Shown here in pieces: positions 1-11,928 of a stretch of DNA of 64,000 bases. Every line of letters begins with the position of its first letter. Within the stretch, counting starts at the first letter, position 1. The stretch is from the NCBI RefSeq assembly GCF_002105155.1, contig NW_019028993.1, positions 682,001-746,000 of the forward strand, in the 5' to 3' direction. The notes beneath the pieces were generated by a model that worked only from the letters and a program-made list of their open reading frames with translations, searched no databases and was not told the origin of the DNA. Position numbers and translations under genes: made by a program. Source of the DNA: Lobosporangium transversale. Taxonomy: Eukaryota.

Positions 1-2330
1 AGTCGCAAATGTTAAGAAGGCTTTGCAATACTTATGGAGGCAACAGTCTTCTTCGACAGCTCCGTATCCCAATCCCGCCCCAAACCCAAGAACGGATGTA
101 CCACTAGCGGAGGCGATCAAAAATTATGGAGAGAAACTTGTCCATCACAAAGTAACGACAGGCACCTTATCTCGCACTGCCACCTGTGCCGTACGAGAAC
201 CTTACAACACTAAAATGTACCTGCGTATGTTGGCCTTTACATGGCGCATGCTTCCGACGGTTGGAGTAAGCGGCAGGCGACCTTACGACAGTGTTACAAG
301 ATTTCAGTATATGAGGGAGAGGCTATGCCTCCTTGCACGCCATCATATGTTGCTGCGGGATGAGGACATCCGAAACTTGAACCTGGCTAACACATTCAAT
401 ATTCAGACCCGTCACCCCGCGCCAGGGTCAAAGCTGGCGTCGGGGCTTGTCTTCTGCATCACACGTGGAAAGACAAACCATAAAGGTGTCGAACTCTATG
501 CGACAGCTTATCGACATAAGCTGTTCTTAAGGTGCACCGTGGGCGGGTTTGCATTTTATATGCTAGAACGGTTCCAGGTAAATGATGCCGTCAGTCTTGA
601 CGCGAGCGTATGATTTTTTCTCATTCAATTACACGAAGTGACATATATCCTTATTTTTTTTTTTTTCCCTATTGTAGGTGTTCAAGGAGCCTCTTCCCAA
701 TTTTGCGGACCCTGACGAGTGGTACAGCATCAAGGTGCTAACAGGGGGTGGAACAAGCCAAGAACGGTTAGAGAACCGAAAGGAAGCGCTTGTTGGCCGA
801 ACCCAAATGAGCACTACGGCGGCTGTAATGCGTGCCTGCGACGTGCATTCGGCCAAAATTACGCACTCTGGCCGACATGCAGGGGTCTCGGAAGCCTACG
901 AAAGAGGCTTAAGCCTGGACGATATTCGCCACTTGGGAAGGTGGGTCATGGGGCAAATGGAGAACTTCTATGCTCCAAAAAACCCAACCAGGGGCGCTTT
1001 TTGTATGGCTCAGTTTGGACCGAATGAGCCTTACTTTATCGAGCGTGATTTGGTCACCCCGCCCTTAGAGCTCCAGCGTCTGGTCTTTCCTTGGATTGAG
1101 GAAAATTTTGATAAACATATGCCGGAGAGAGCTGACTCCTGGAGAGAGGAGTGCACCAAAGAAATGCTGGGGGTCGATCCAAATGTCCCGACAGACGAAG
1201 ACATTTTTTGGACGCCAATCGAGAAGAAGACGAGCTCGAAACGATTGACCCGTGCCTTCAGCACTGACTCCCTTGTTACACGCATTGGGTTCCTCAAACT
1301 TCTTGTGCGTATGAGGCGAGTAATCCTTCAGGATGCAGTGCTCTTTTTGAAGCCGAACGACAAGGGGAAAATGTTGGAGAACAAACTCCTCGAATCGTTA
1401 CCAGAAATCTTTGGTTGCCAGCTCTTTCTGGATTTCCAACATCAATTGCTTCGGGCCATCGACGTACATCGCCGACAAGCAGGCATCATCCAAGCGGATG
1501 TGCCAGTTAATGCGCAAACTATGGTAAGCGCCATTAACACGTTGTCGGTAGAGGCGCGGGTCTTTCATCAACTCCAGCATGAGACGGTCCAGAAGCTCGA
1601 GGCCCTATCCACCCTTGTGACAGAGCAACAGGAGCAACAGAGGCAGCAACAGGAGCAACAGAGGCAGCAACAGGAGCAAATCCACTTACTTCTCCAATCG
1701 CTGCAGCAGCAACAAAGCGCAAATGTGCGGCAGCCTTTTCCATATCATGTGCAGTCTTGCCCGCCCTTTGTGTTTAATCCTTCTCCATTGGCGCCAGCAC
1801 AGAGCCGCCTAGCTTCTTTTCCTTCGGTTCCTCAGGCTCCTACTACGCAGGGCCTATATCAAGCTCGCCAGGCCGCTCCACCGCAACAGCAGCCATTATT
1901 TTCCAACCAATTGCCACCATGTCCTCAGCAACAGCATCCATATCAACATAGCCATGTGCAGGCTCCAATGACCTCAGAGCAGACACAACGATTGCCGGAA
2001 GATGAAAGGTATAAAGGCTACCTCATGAAAGGCGATGGCAAGCAATTGACGGTCAGGGAAGCATGGGATGAATTCCGTGGGCCCGTTGCTCAGGCAAAGC
2101 AGGAAAATCACAAATGGCCATTCACAGAGGCGCGTCACAAGGCATTCAGGCGCAGGCGTCAATTTTTCGATCTGATAAAGAATATTGCCGAAAAACAGAA
2201 GCGAGACTTCGAAGAGGTAGTAGACGCACTGACAGCTCAGTACAAGGGTCGGACAATCAATTCCATTCGACTAGAGCTTCTGAAAGACACCGGGAATGAC
2301 GAAGGCTGCCACCAAGATGCGGACGAGTAG
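1..2330 (+). CDS. Crypton-type tyrosine recombinase with C-terminal GCR1_C-like DNA-binding domain, copy 1 (5' part outside window; exons <1..577, 678..2330)
   Basis: A GT..AG intron at 578-677 joins ERFQ|VFKEP in frame. YR/Ndc10-like motifs are MLLRDEDIR, RGKTN, THSGRH (HxxR), HLGRW and ENFYAP (Tyr). A Q/P-rich linker precedes LTVREAWDEF.GP...W...RRR, resembling GCR1_C. Confidence 0.8.
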
Positions 2331-2762
2331 ATGAGTAAGGGTAATTTTTTTTTTCTTTTTTTATATATATATACATATATATATATCCTCGGATACAAAT
2401 TTAAGCAATAAAGCACAAAGTAGTGATGGTGTCGGAAATACCAAGACATGAACTGAGCTACAAGAAGCAGAAAACTGTTGGCTGCATCCTTGAGCCAAAA
2501 GAGGCTGAGAAAATACAATGTACAAGCAACCCATTGTCGTGAAATTTGTGATATTCCAAGGTGTTTAGCATAAGTATCATCCAGGAAAAAGCATTATCGT
2601 CAACATTATTAACAAGACAAAACACCATCAAAGCACTATCAAAGCATTTTTGACTCGACTCGGCTACCAACGCACTATAACAGAAATAATTGAATACTTC
2701 ATCAATATAAAAACTGTCATGTTTAATCATTAACACTGTCTCTACCATAAAAAGATTTTGTC

Positions 2763-2906
2763 TATTTCGCTTCACAAATCCATTTTGTGGAAAAAGATTT
2801 GTGAAGCGAAATATAAAAATTTTGTGACTTGGTATCCTTCTGTGTCCACCTGTGTCCGCCTGTGTCCATCTGAATGGACACAGGTGAGCAATTTCGTTTC
2901 ACAATC
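2763..2906. repeat. Inverted-repeat cluster between the two Crypton genes
   Basis: Perfect 18-bp arms TATTTCGCTTCACAAATC (2763-2780) and GATTTGTGAAGCGAAATA (2796-2813). Three TGTGTCCRYC 10-mers plus an inverted copy lie at 2841-2886, and a degenerate third arm ATTTCGTTTCACAATC at 2891-2906. Confidence 0.85.
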
Positions 2907-3349
2907 TAACTGAAAAGTAGAAACTAAAAGTATCTTTAGTTACACGCGCGTAGCGCGCTCACAAAGCGGTCTGATCTGATCAACACCTTGCTTCATACTC
3001 AATTCTTCATTCCCGCATTCCATTCCACTCATTCCACTCATTCCTCATCTGTACTCATTCCGTACTCAAAGGAAAATAACGCGCTTGAGGGAAGCTAACA
3101 ATTGATCAAGCTCACTAAGATAGCGATTGAACAATTGAAATATGAGGAGAGTATATTCTTGAACTGGACTTGACAATATGAGCTAAAAGTATAAAACCAT
3201 GTTCGCTTACATTTTTCTTTTTTATTCTTTTCTTTTATACATTATACATCATCGCTATTTATTACGATAACCACTACTTGCAACACTTGATCGTACTCAC
3301 AAATATCTACCCAATTCCCTCAACAAAAAATATAAAGTAACCTATCAAG

Positions 3350-6300
3350 ATGCCCCGCACTATCGCTTCTTCTTCTTCTGGCAACGCTGCCTCTTCATCA
3401 ATAAACTCAGGTCCAAGCGGGACCTTCTTCGAATTTAGCGTGAAGCAAGGGAAAGAAGGAAGAAGTGGCTATGCACGAAAGGCTAAGGAAGCCAGAGATG
3501 AAAAAGAAAAAAGGAGAGAGATCCGCGAGGGCAAAAGAAGGGCCTGTTCTGTAGGCGTCCACAACGTCTCCGAGGAACACACCCCTCGCAAGCGGATCTA
3601 CTCCCAAGACACGATTATCGGTGCAACAACTGATAACTCTTCCAGCCACCTTCAGTCGCCTTTTTCGTCTGAAGAAACAGCAGAGCAGAGAAAAACCTGT
3701 GCTAACCATGTTCTCGAATCTCTCCTCGCCAACAAGAATCCCTCAAAGACATTGCTGCAGTACAAGACATACTTGAAAGCTTGGCAGGTAAGTTTATTAT
3801 TTTGTTTATTTGTTTATTTTATTTTTTAGGACAGTCAAATTTTTTTTTTCATGCTTCGTAATACAAAATATGCAAATACAATATAAATGATAGGTGTTCT
3901 GCAGCACAAGAGAAAAAGGGGACTGCAGCGTTGACGCAAGAAAAATGTTAAAGTTTTTCGAGGAGGTTGTTTTCAAGCGCACAGTAAAGAAATATATTGA
4001 TTCAAACGCGGGATTCAGTGGCGTCGTTGGAAAGGCTTCATCACAAGCGGCCAGATCAGTGTTAGAGGGCAAGCTGACTCGCGAAAATAAGAGAAAACCA
4101 AAGGCTTGGAAAGCAGAGACAGAGGAAAGTATTTTTCAGGATGTTGTCCATGAGCTGGAGCAAAATTATAGCCAACGTAATTCACAGCCTTATGAGACTC
4201 CGGCATTTGAGGGGTTTGAGGAAGCCTCCCAAGGTGACAAAGACGATGCAGGAAGCGAAGACGAGGAACAAAATCACTCGCAACCAGCTGAAGAAGAGGC
4301 CCTCATGTCTGCTGAACCACAAGCCCTCATGGTCTCCTCCATTGCGGAAAGAGCAAAAAGTAAATCTAGTGTAATCATGTAACCAAAATAACCTTGTTCA
4401 AAGCTGTGGCTCACTCTTAATTGACATTCTGACACTTCATTTTAATCCAAATATAGTTCTTTCGCATCCGCAAACTGATGAGACTGGCCGAAGATTCATC
4501 TATGCGCCTATCTCGATAGAAACAGTGGATTGTGCCAGGAAGGCATTAATTTATCTCTACAAGGAGCAAGCGTCATCAAAGGTGGATTGGCCAAACCCTG
4601 CACCTCATCCGCGCAAGGATATCCCGCTGAAGGAGGCTATCGAGGAATACGAGGGGAAACTAGTGTACGACACCTCATTCCAGGGATCGACACGCACTGA
4701 TACCTGTTCTATTCGCGACCCCTATAATGAGAAGCAGTTCATTCGGATGGCCCTCCATACGTGGGGTATGAAGCCAATGCTGCGGCTAAAAGGGAAGCGA
4801 GTGTACCATGCGGAAGGTAGATTTCAATATATGCGTGAGCGCCTTTGCATCTTGGCACGACACCATATGCTGCTGCGAGATGAAGACATTCGCAATCTTA
4901 ACCTATCTGATGTGTTCAGTATCATGTCTTCCCATCCGGCAAGTGGGTCCCAGCCAGCTCTCGGACTTACGTTTTGCATATCTCGTGGCAAAACAAATAA
5001 AAAGGGTGTTAAGCTTTATGCAACCGCCTTTCGTCATAAAGTTTTTTACAGGTGTACTGTAGGAGCGTTTGGCTTCTACATGTTAGAACGATTTATGGTA
5101 AGAGATTTGTGCCATTCTTGTCTCTTCTTACTGCAATATAGGTTATGTACTTTCCTAGCTCGTTGTTAAATGTTGGGTCGCGTACCATTCCTATAATAGC
5201 TGGATAAGGAGGATGTCCCAAACTTCGCTGATCCTGACGATTGGTACAACATCAAGCTTTTGGTCGCGGCTAGTACGATCGAGAAGCGCAACGCAGGCCT
5301 TCGCAAGAATGCTGTTGCACCAAAGACTCAAATCGATGCCACAGCTTCTGTGATGCGAACCTGTGGCGTTTATTCGACCAAGGTCACTCACGCCGGTCGA
5401 CACGCAGGAACATCAGATGCGTACCGTCTGGGCTTAGGCTTGGAGCATATCCGTCACCTTGGGCGTTGGGTAATGGGACAGATGGAGAGTTTCTATGCTC
5501 CAAAGAACCCCACCACTGGCGCGTTTTATATGGCTCATTTCAACAAGGAACAGGAACCTTATATCCTTGAGCGTAATCTCGTTATCCCTGACTTGGAGCT
5601 GCAGAGGAAAATTTTCCCTTGGATCGAAGGGAACTTTAACAGCAGCGCTAGAGAGAATGAGGAATGGGTCAAGGATTGTAATGATGCTATGACAGATGTA
5701 AACCCGGATCTCATCACGGAGGACGACCTGCACTGGAGAGGCTGGCAGGAGCGTATGCGCCATTCGACAGCGGCTAGGGATCAAGATGAAGAAACTACGG
5801 GAAGCTCCGCCGCAACGGCCAATAAGCTCATGAACAGCGCAATGATTGATCGAAGAGCTTTCCTACTATTGCTGGTACAAATGAGGAGAGTTATCCTTCA
5901 AGACGCCGTGCTGTACCTGAAGCCTGACAGCAAAGGAAGGACTCTGAGCAATAAGCTTTTAGAATCACTTCCAGAAATCTTTGAGAGTCAGCTGTTCCTT
6001 GACTTTCAGAGAGAGCTCCTTCGTGCGATCGAAGTGCATCAGCAGAGCGCCAATGTTGTCAATCCATTAGTCCCAGTTGACAAACATGTGGTCTCCAACG
6101 CGCTAAACAGCCTTAGTCACCAGAATGCATCTCTTGAAGCAGCTATTGCTCGGCAAGGAGCACAAATGGCACAGCAAGAAGCACAACAAAGGGCGCAGTT
6201 GTCTGCCATGAGCTCAGAGCTCGCGACGCTAAAGCAGCAAATGGAGATAGTGATACATTTATTGCAGGATCCGTCAGCTCGCCAAGCTCCAGCGCATCCC

Positions 6301-6813
6301 TTGAATTCAGCCGGTCTTCTTGGGCCATATCCCCATACTATGCCAAGCTATCCTGCTCTGCGCAGAGTCCCTCAACAGCAGCCGTTTGCGACGCGTCCCC
6401 CACAGGTACCTCAACAGCACTCATCGCTGGTTCAAGCTCCTCTACATTGCTTCCAACGAGCGCCAGAGCCATCGCATCACTCGTCCCCAGGCCCCAGCTC
6501 ATCAAGCGCCACTTTCAAATGGAAAGCAGACCGCGGAAAGCTCACAGTGGCAGATGCTTGGGATGAGTTTCATGGGCCCCTTGCAGCATTTAAAAGATTG
6601 AACCCGAGTTGGCCAGTGAATACATCAGACCAAAGGGCCTACAATCGACGATATGAGTTAATTAGGCTGATCAACGAAGCAGCACGAAGGGAAGGTCGCA
6701 ATCCTGAAGACATTGTTGCTGAGTGGTCACAGGCAAATGAGGGAAAGACTATTAACTCACTGTTGATATCCATGAAAGCTAGGGAGCAAGAGGATCCTGA
6801 AGATGACCAATAA
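3350..6813 (+). CDS. Crypton-type tyrosine recombinase with GCR1_C-like domain, copy 2 (exons 3350..3787, 3894..4359, 4457..5097, 5200..6813)
   Basis: Three GT..AG introns with compatible phases; the last is at the same position as in copy 1 (ERFM|LDKE). Motifs MLLRDEDIR, RGKTN, THAGRH, HLGRW, ESFYAP and C-terminal LTVADAWDEFHGP are present. Confidence 0.8.
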
Positions 6814-8415
6814 ATGACAATACACTTCCCAGGTAGGTAACAATAGCATATATAGAAGCATGTACGATAGTAACATATATAATAATAGATATAGTAATAA
6901 AATACTAAATGCATTAATTGCTTTGCCAAAAAAATAAAATAAAAAGAAATTGGTATGTTTGTGAGTCGCGCGTTTGCGATCCGTTTGGCGTTTGGTAGCG
7001 TCTAAACGCACTTTCTCCTCATTTCCGTTGAGGGAAATAAATGGCGAATAGTATGGAGTATGGATAAAGGGAATGTTAGTTTAGATTAACTTGACCAGAT
7101 GTGGTCTGTAAAAAGTTAAATAATACCAGAATAGCAAGGTATCTGAAATACTAATGATTGAAAAGGAAGGAATATACGCCGTTTTCACTACATTTTACGC
7201 ATTCTGTGGTTTATATTGACTACATTATACGCACTTTGACTTAAATATACGCCAAAATGGTTACACAAACAAGACACAGAGCAGTGACAGTCACATTTCA
7301 AGACACAGAGCACTCCCTGTCTTAATATTGATTCAGATTCGCTCTATATACTGAAGTACAAGGCATTTACCGCGAAACTTGGCTGTGTTAATTTGTTCTG
7401 AAAAAGATATCAGATCATTAAACTCACTTTAAATGCGCAAACCGGGCTTCATTACGACATCTGGGCTACATGGGCTCACAAAAGTGATGTTAGCCATGTA
7501 CAGCCTTCCACATTTGAAAGTAGAAACACCAAATATTTTATGTTGGCTTCAACTTTAATGAATTTGACCCACTTATTGACACATCATTTGGGCCGCTGAT
7601 AAGGCGTAATCGACGTCTGCCAAAAAATGGCCTGTCTCTTCCCCTGTATGCTCATATTTATTTTTTTGCTTTTTATCTCTTCCTTTTTCTTGTGTTTTTT
7701 CCATTCTCTTGTGTCTCATCTCCCTCACTGCGTGTTGGTTTTGTTCTTTATCTCTTTCCTCTTGACCATTCTTACATTTTTCTTTTATCTTTCCACAATG
7801 AGTGAATCCAACAAATACATTTTTTTCTTTTGTGCCAAAGGACTCGTGGAAAAAAAGAAAAAAGGTGAAGAAAAATTACTCCGTGAATATCATGATCATT
7901 TAAATCGTTATCACTTATCCACCCTGGTTGAGATCGAGTTAGAAAATACAACTGAACCTTTCCTCATTCATCGTAATCCCATGTCAGACATGGCCTTTCT
8001 CCTCTAATTTTTTTTTTTTTTTTTCAACCGTACATCTGTGTTACGACACTACAAGACCTGTAAAGGTTGCCGAAAATAATGCGCCGCCGGTCCCTCCAGC
8101 CTCGAATGCCGATACATGTTCAGATGGCCATTCATTACAGGATAGTTAAAAAACATGAGGCAGTAATTAAGATACTTTGTGAGAGGATAGACGCTCTTGA
8201 AGAGAGGTATGACATCCTTTATTTTTTGTTAATGAGTTAATAGATTCTTCTTTTTTTTTTTTTTTTTTTTTTTAGATTAAATAGAAAAGAAGTTCAATCG
8301 CCATGTCATGATAAATAGCGAACAAGAACAGTAGTTCTTTGTTATTATTTTAAATAAACGTCTTTTCATATAAAACGTTCGTTCTCCCTCATAACTTCAA
8401 AACAATAACTTTCAG

Positions 8416-8670
8416 TTCTCATCCTTTACTTCCTCATTACTCCATGGATATCTTGAAATATGTTGGAAAAAATCTTCCAACAAAAAAGCAGATCCCAAAA
8501 ATAAGGTGTACACTCTTTTTTGTCTACTTGATGGAGAACCGCTTTCTGTCCTCATTGATGCATCTGCGCTCTCCTGCACCAGCGTTTGCCGACTCAAAAG
8601 CTTTATAATGGCAAGAGCAAATGTCAAAAAAAGATTCATTGCACGGGCTCGTGATATTGACAAAGCTTGA
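8416..8670 (+). pseudogene. Possible Crinkler (CRN) N-terminal ubiquitin-like domain fragment
   Basis: Frame reads KVYTLFCLLDGEPLSVLIDAS...SVCRLKSFI, resembling the LFCLVDGE...TV..LK..I CRN N-terminus. It ends in an early stop and has no clear gene model. Confidence 0.35.
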
Positions 8671-8954
8671 GAACATTCATAAGTTGTTTGACAATTTGAA
8701 TCTTTGGCATAGCTTTTCGAATCAACAGAAATGAATTGAAAGAGACCACTCGATCATGACAGTGAGAATGACAATACTGCCGAGAGTAAAAAACGACTAC
8801 GGCGTTCTAAAAGAACATTGGCAAGACATTTATGAAAAACCCGTTGAATAAAAAATCGATATTTATTTCTTTATGATTTATTTTCTATATTTTCTATATT
8901 TATATTTTTATATTTCTATATTTTTATATTATCATGTTTTTATATTTTTTATAC

Positions 8955-11424
8955 ATATCGAGAGGTTTGAATAATCCGGCAGGATGATGAAGCAGTGGTT
9001 TACAGCGTTTTTAATTGTTTTATCCATTTTAAAAAAACATTTATCCATTTAAGCTAATAAAATTATCCTATAAGTTATCCGAATGTGTCTGAAATATTAT
9101 CCATTTTTTCAAACAAATAACCGAACCGACTGTCACAAATATCCAAACACCATGTCCTTTCCATGTCCCACAAAAGTCATGGTTAATTCCGCATGACCAC
9201 TTGGACAAAATTTGCAAACACTTGGATAAATTTCTCAGCCCTTTTCGGCCAACTTTTTAACTTACCTTTGGATAAATTTTTTTATTCATTGGAACAATTT
9301 TAAAAAAAAACCGATAAAGTTTATTTTAAAATGGATAAAACAATTAAAAACGCTGTATTTCGCTGGAACTGTTCGCATGATGCAATGTAAGTCTTGGTGT
9401 CTCGGGCCATTCGTGGCCAAAAGAAAGTCCTTCGCATGGTTTCATATGTTTTCTCGAAGCCGAGGTGGCCAGCAATGGGAGAATCATGTGCATCATGAAG
9501 TAGGAGAGCGCGAATGTTAGGATCATTCGGGATACATAAACGTGTCTGTCCAGCGATGTTAATCCACAATAGGTCATCAGCAACAAAATAACGATCAGAG
9601 GGATTTGCCTCGCGGCAGCTTTCGTAAAGTGATCCTAACTTAAGGTCATATGGGTAACACTTTATCAGGCGCTGCCGTAAGCCTGGGTCCAAACTTATTT
9701 CTATGGAGTTAATCTGCTCACTGGCGGGATCCTGCGCCTTGTGGTCAGGCCTCCTTGAGAGAGCGTCGGGGACGATGTTGTCTTTGCCTGGTTTGTACTT
9801 GAAGTTGAAGTCGTATTCTTGTAGGAGTTCCATCCATCTGGCCTGTCTCCGAGTCAGGTTTGGCTGGGTTGGAAAATGCTGCAATGTGGCATGGTCAGTA
9901 TAGTCAATAAAATGAGATCCATCCAAATAGTATCGCCATGTTCGTAAGGCGTGGACGACAGCTAGTAATTCTTGCTCATGGGTTGGGTAGTTTCGTTCTG
10001 CAGAGCTCAACTTTCGTGATGTAAAGGCAACAGGGCGCGATTCGCCCTTGTGATATGTTTGGAGCAAGACTGCGCCAATGGCGAAACCTGATGCATCAGT
10101 TTCGACGGAAGTTGCTAGGGCAGGGTCAAAAATTCTGAGTACGGGTGCCATGGTGACTGCCTGCTTCAGCCTTTCAAAGGCCTCTTGGTGAGGCTTGCTC
10201 CAGTAGAATGTTGTAGTTGAGCCTAACAGATCAGTAAGGGGAAGCGCGATATCAGCGTAGTGGTCGATGTATTGATGATAGAAGTTTGTTAATCCAAGGA
10301 ACTGCATGACGTGGCGCTGTGTTGTGGGTGTTGGCCATTCTCTAACTGCCTTAACCAGTGCTCCGTTTGTTTTGAGTCCATCTTTGGATATAACATGGCC
10401 TAGGAACTCTGTCTCCTCTTGCATAAATGAACACTTGGAAAGCTTGCAAAAGAGGCCTGCCTTGCGTAGGAGCCTAAGAACGTTTCTGATGTCTTGTAGA
10501 TGTTGCTCTTTGTTATCAGAATAAATCAGTATATCATCTAGGTAAACTACGGTGCATTTATCCAGCACAGGATCCAACACGTTGCGCATCATGACTGAAA
10601 AGGCGGCAGGTGCGCTGGTGAGTCCGAAAGGGACGACGTTAAACTCATAGTGACCGTAGCGTGTTCGAAATGCCGTTTTATGTCGGTCGTCTGGATGAAC
10701 GCGCATTTGATGATATCCGGATAGTAAGTCGAGCTTTGTAAAAAATCGTGCTGTCCTGAAACGATCTATTAGCTCGTCGATTCTTGGTAGTGGATGGCGA
10801 TTCTTACGGGTTATTTTGTTTAATCCTCTGTAGTCTACGCACATCCTCAGTCCGCCATCCTTCTTTTTAACGAATAAAACTGGTGCTCCGTAGGGTGATG
10901 TACTTGGAGAGATGAAGCCTTTGCGCAGTAGTTCTGTGAGTTGTGTTTTTAGTTCGTCTAATTCAGCAATTGATAAGCGAATGACTGGTCTTACAGGTGG
11001 ATCGGTATTATTTTCAGTCTCGATTCGCATGCTATCGCCACGATCCTGAGGGAGTCCGTCCGGTAGTGTGTCAGGAAAGAGGTCTGGAAATTCTACTTGG
11101 ACAATTTGTTGAATCGATTCGGGTAGTGTTGAGTCTAGGTTTGTTGGTGGTGAAGTGGTTCTTACTTGGGCCAAGAATGTTGTCGTTTCGGGTTCTAATG
11201 CTAATGCAGCAAAGTTTATGGCAGAAAGGCAATCTTGACGAGCGGAGGAGGAGGTATGCCCTCGACATTCCCATAGTATGTGTTTACCATCGTGTTCAAA
11301 GTGTAAATCGTTAGTGCGCCAGTTGATTTGGGGATTGACTGCGGTTAGCCAAGGTTTCCCTAGGATGAGATCATATTTTTTCGAGGGGTAGATAATACTT
11401 TGAATCTTTTCACCATAGGAACCA
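8955..11424 (-). mobile_element. Truncated, internally deleted second copy of the Gypsy pol region (end of protease, RT, RNase H, start of integrase)
   Basis: Near-identical to 13744-15858 with a few substitutions (e.g. SVMM/SAMM, FIDY/FIVY). It abuts the LTR at 11425 and is interrupted by a MITE. Confidence 0.92.
9003..9355. mobile_element. MITE, Tc1/mariner-type, 353 bp
   Basis: Perfect 32-bp TIRs CAGCGTTTTTAATTGTTTTATCCATTTTAAAA. TA is duplicated at 9001-9002 and 9356-9357, while the paralogous empty site near 13790 has a single TA. Confidence 0.93.
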
Positions 11425-11637
11425 TGTAAATAGTAACAATCAAAGGTGATCTTAGGTGGAATCGGAGGTCAAAGGATACTTTATTTGGCTATAACGTAGT
11501 GGACTATTTATACTGATAATTGATAGGGTTGGGGCTTGGTGTCTTGGCACTTGGGCTTGGCGTCTTGGCGCCTGGGGTGCGCGTGATAGTTGAGCCCTCC
11601 TCAAAGGTTTGAGTCAGTATTGTATAACACGTTTGCA
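11425..11637 (-). repeat. 3' LTR (shared with the downstream deleted copy)
   Basis: Direct repeat of 17591-17804 with about 4 differences. On the minus strand it is preceded by the purine tract GACGGGAAGGA (11638-11648). Confidence 0.9.
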
Positions 11638-11928
11638 TCCTTCCCGTCAAAAATGAAGGAGATCATAAATCGAAGAAGAAAAGAGAAAAAAAAATTGATG
11701 GAAATAAAGAAAACGAAGAGAAGAGAGGAGAAATAAATAAAATAATAAATAAAATAAAAAAAAAAATTGATGTGGTGATGTCTGATTGGTTAAAATTACT
11801 GGTCATGCGGTTCATGCAGATCATGTGGATGAGGATGGGTGAATGAGTGGCGATGGAGTTGGTGAGTTCGTGTTGCATTCTTTCCTCATTCCTCTTTGCT
11901 TATTTCAAAAAAAAGGAAAAAAGTCTCC

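Noticed and set aside
1..6813. Kinetochore protein Ndc10 or transcription factor Gcr1 orthologs
   Set aside because: Retained HxxR and Tyr motifs, duplication and the TE-rich context fit Crypton better; domestication is not excluded.
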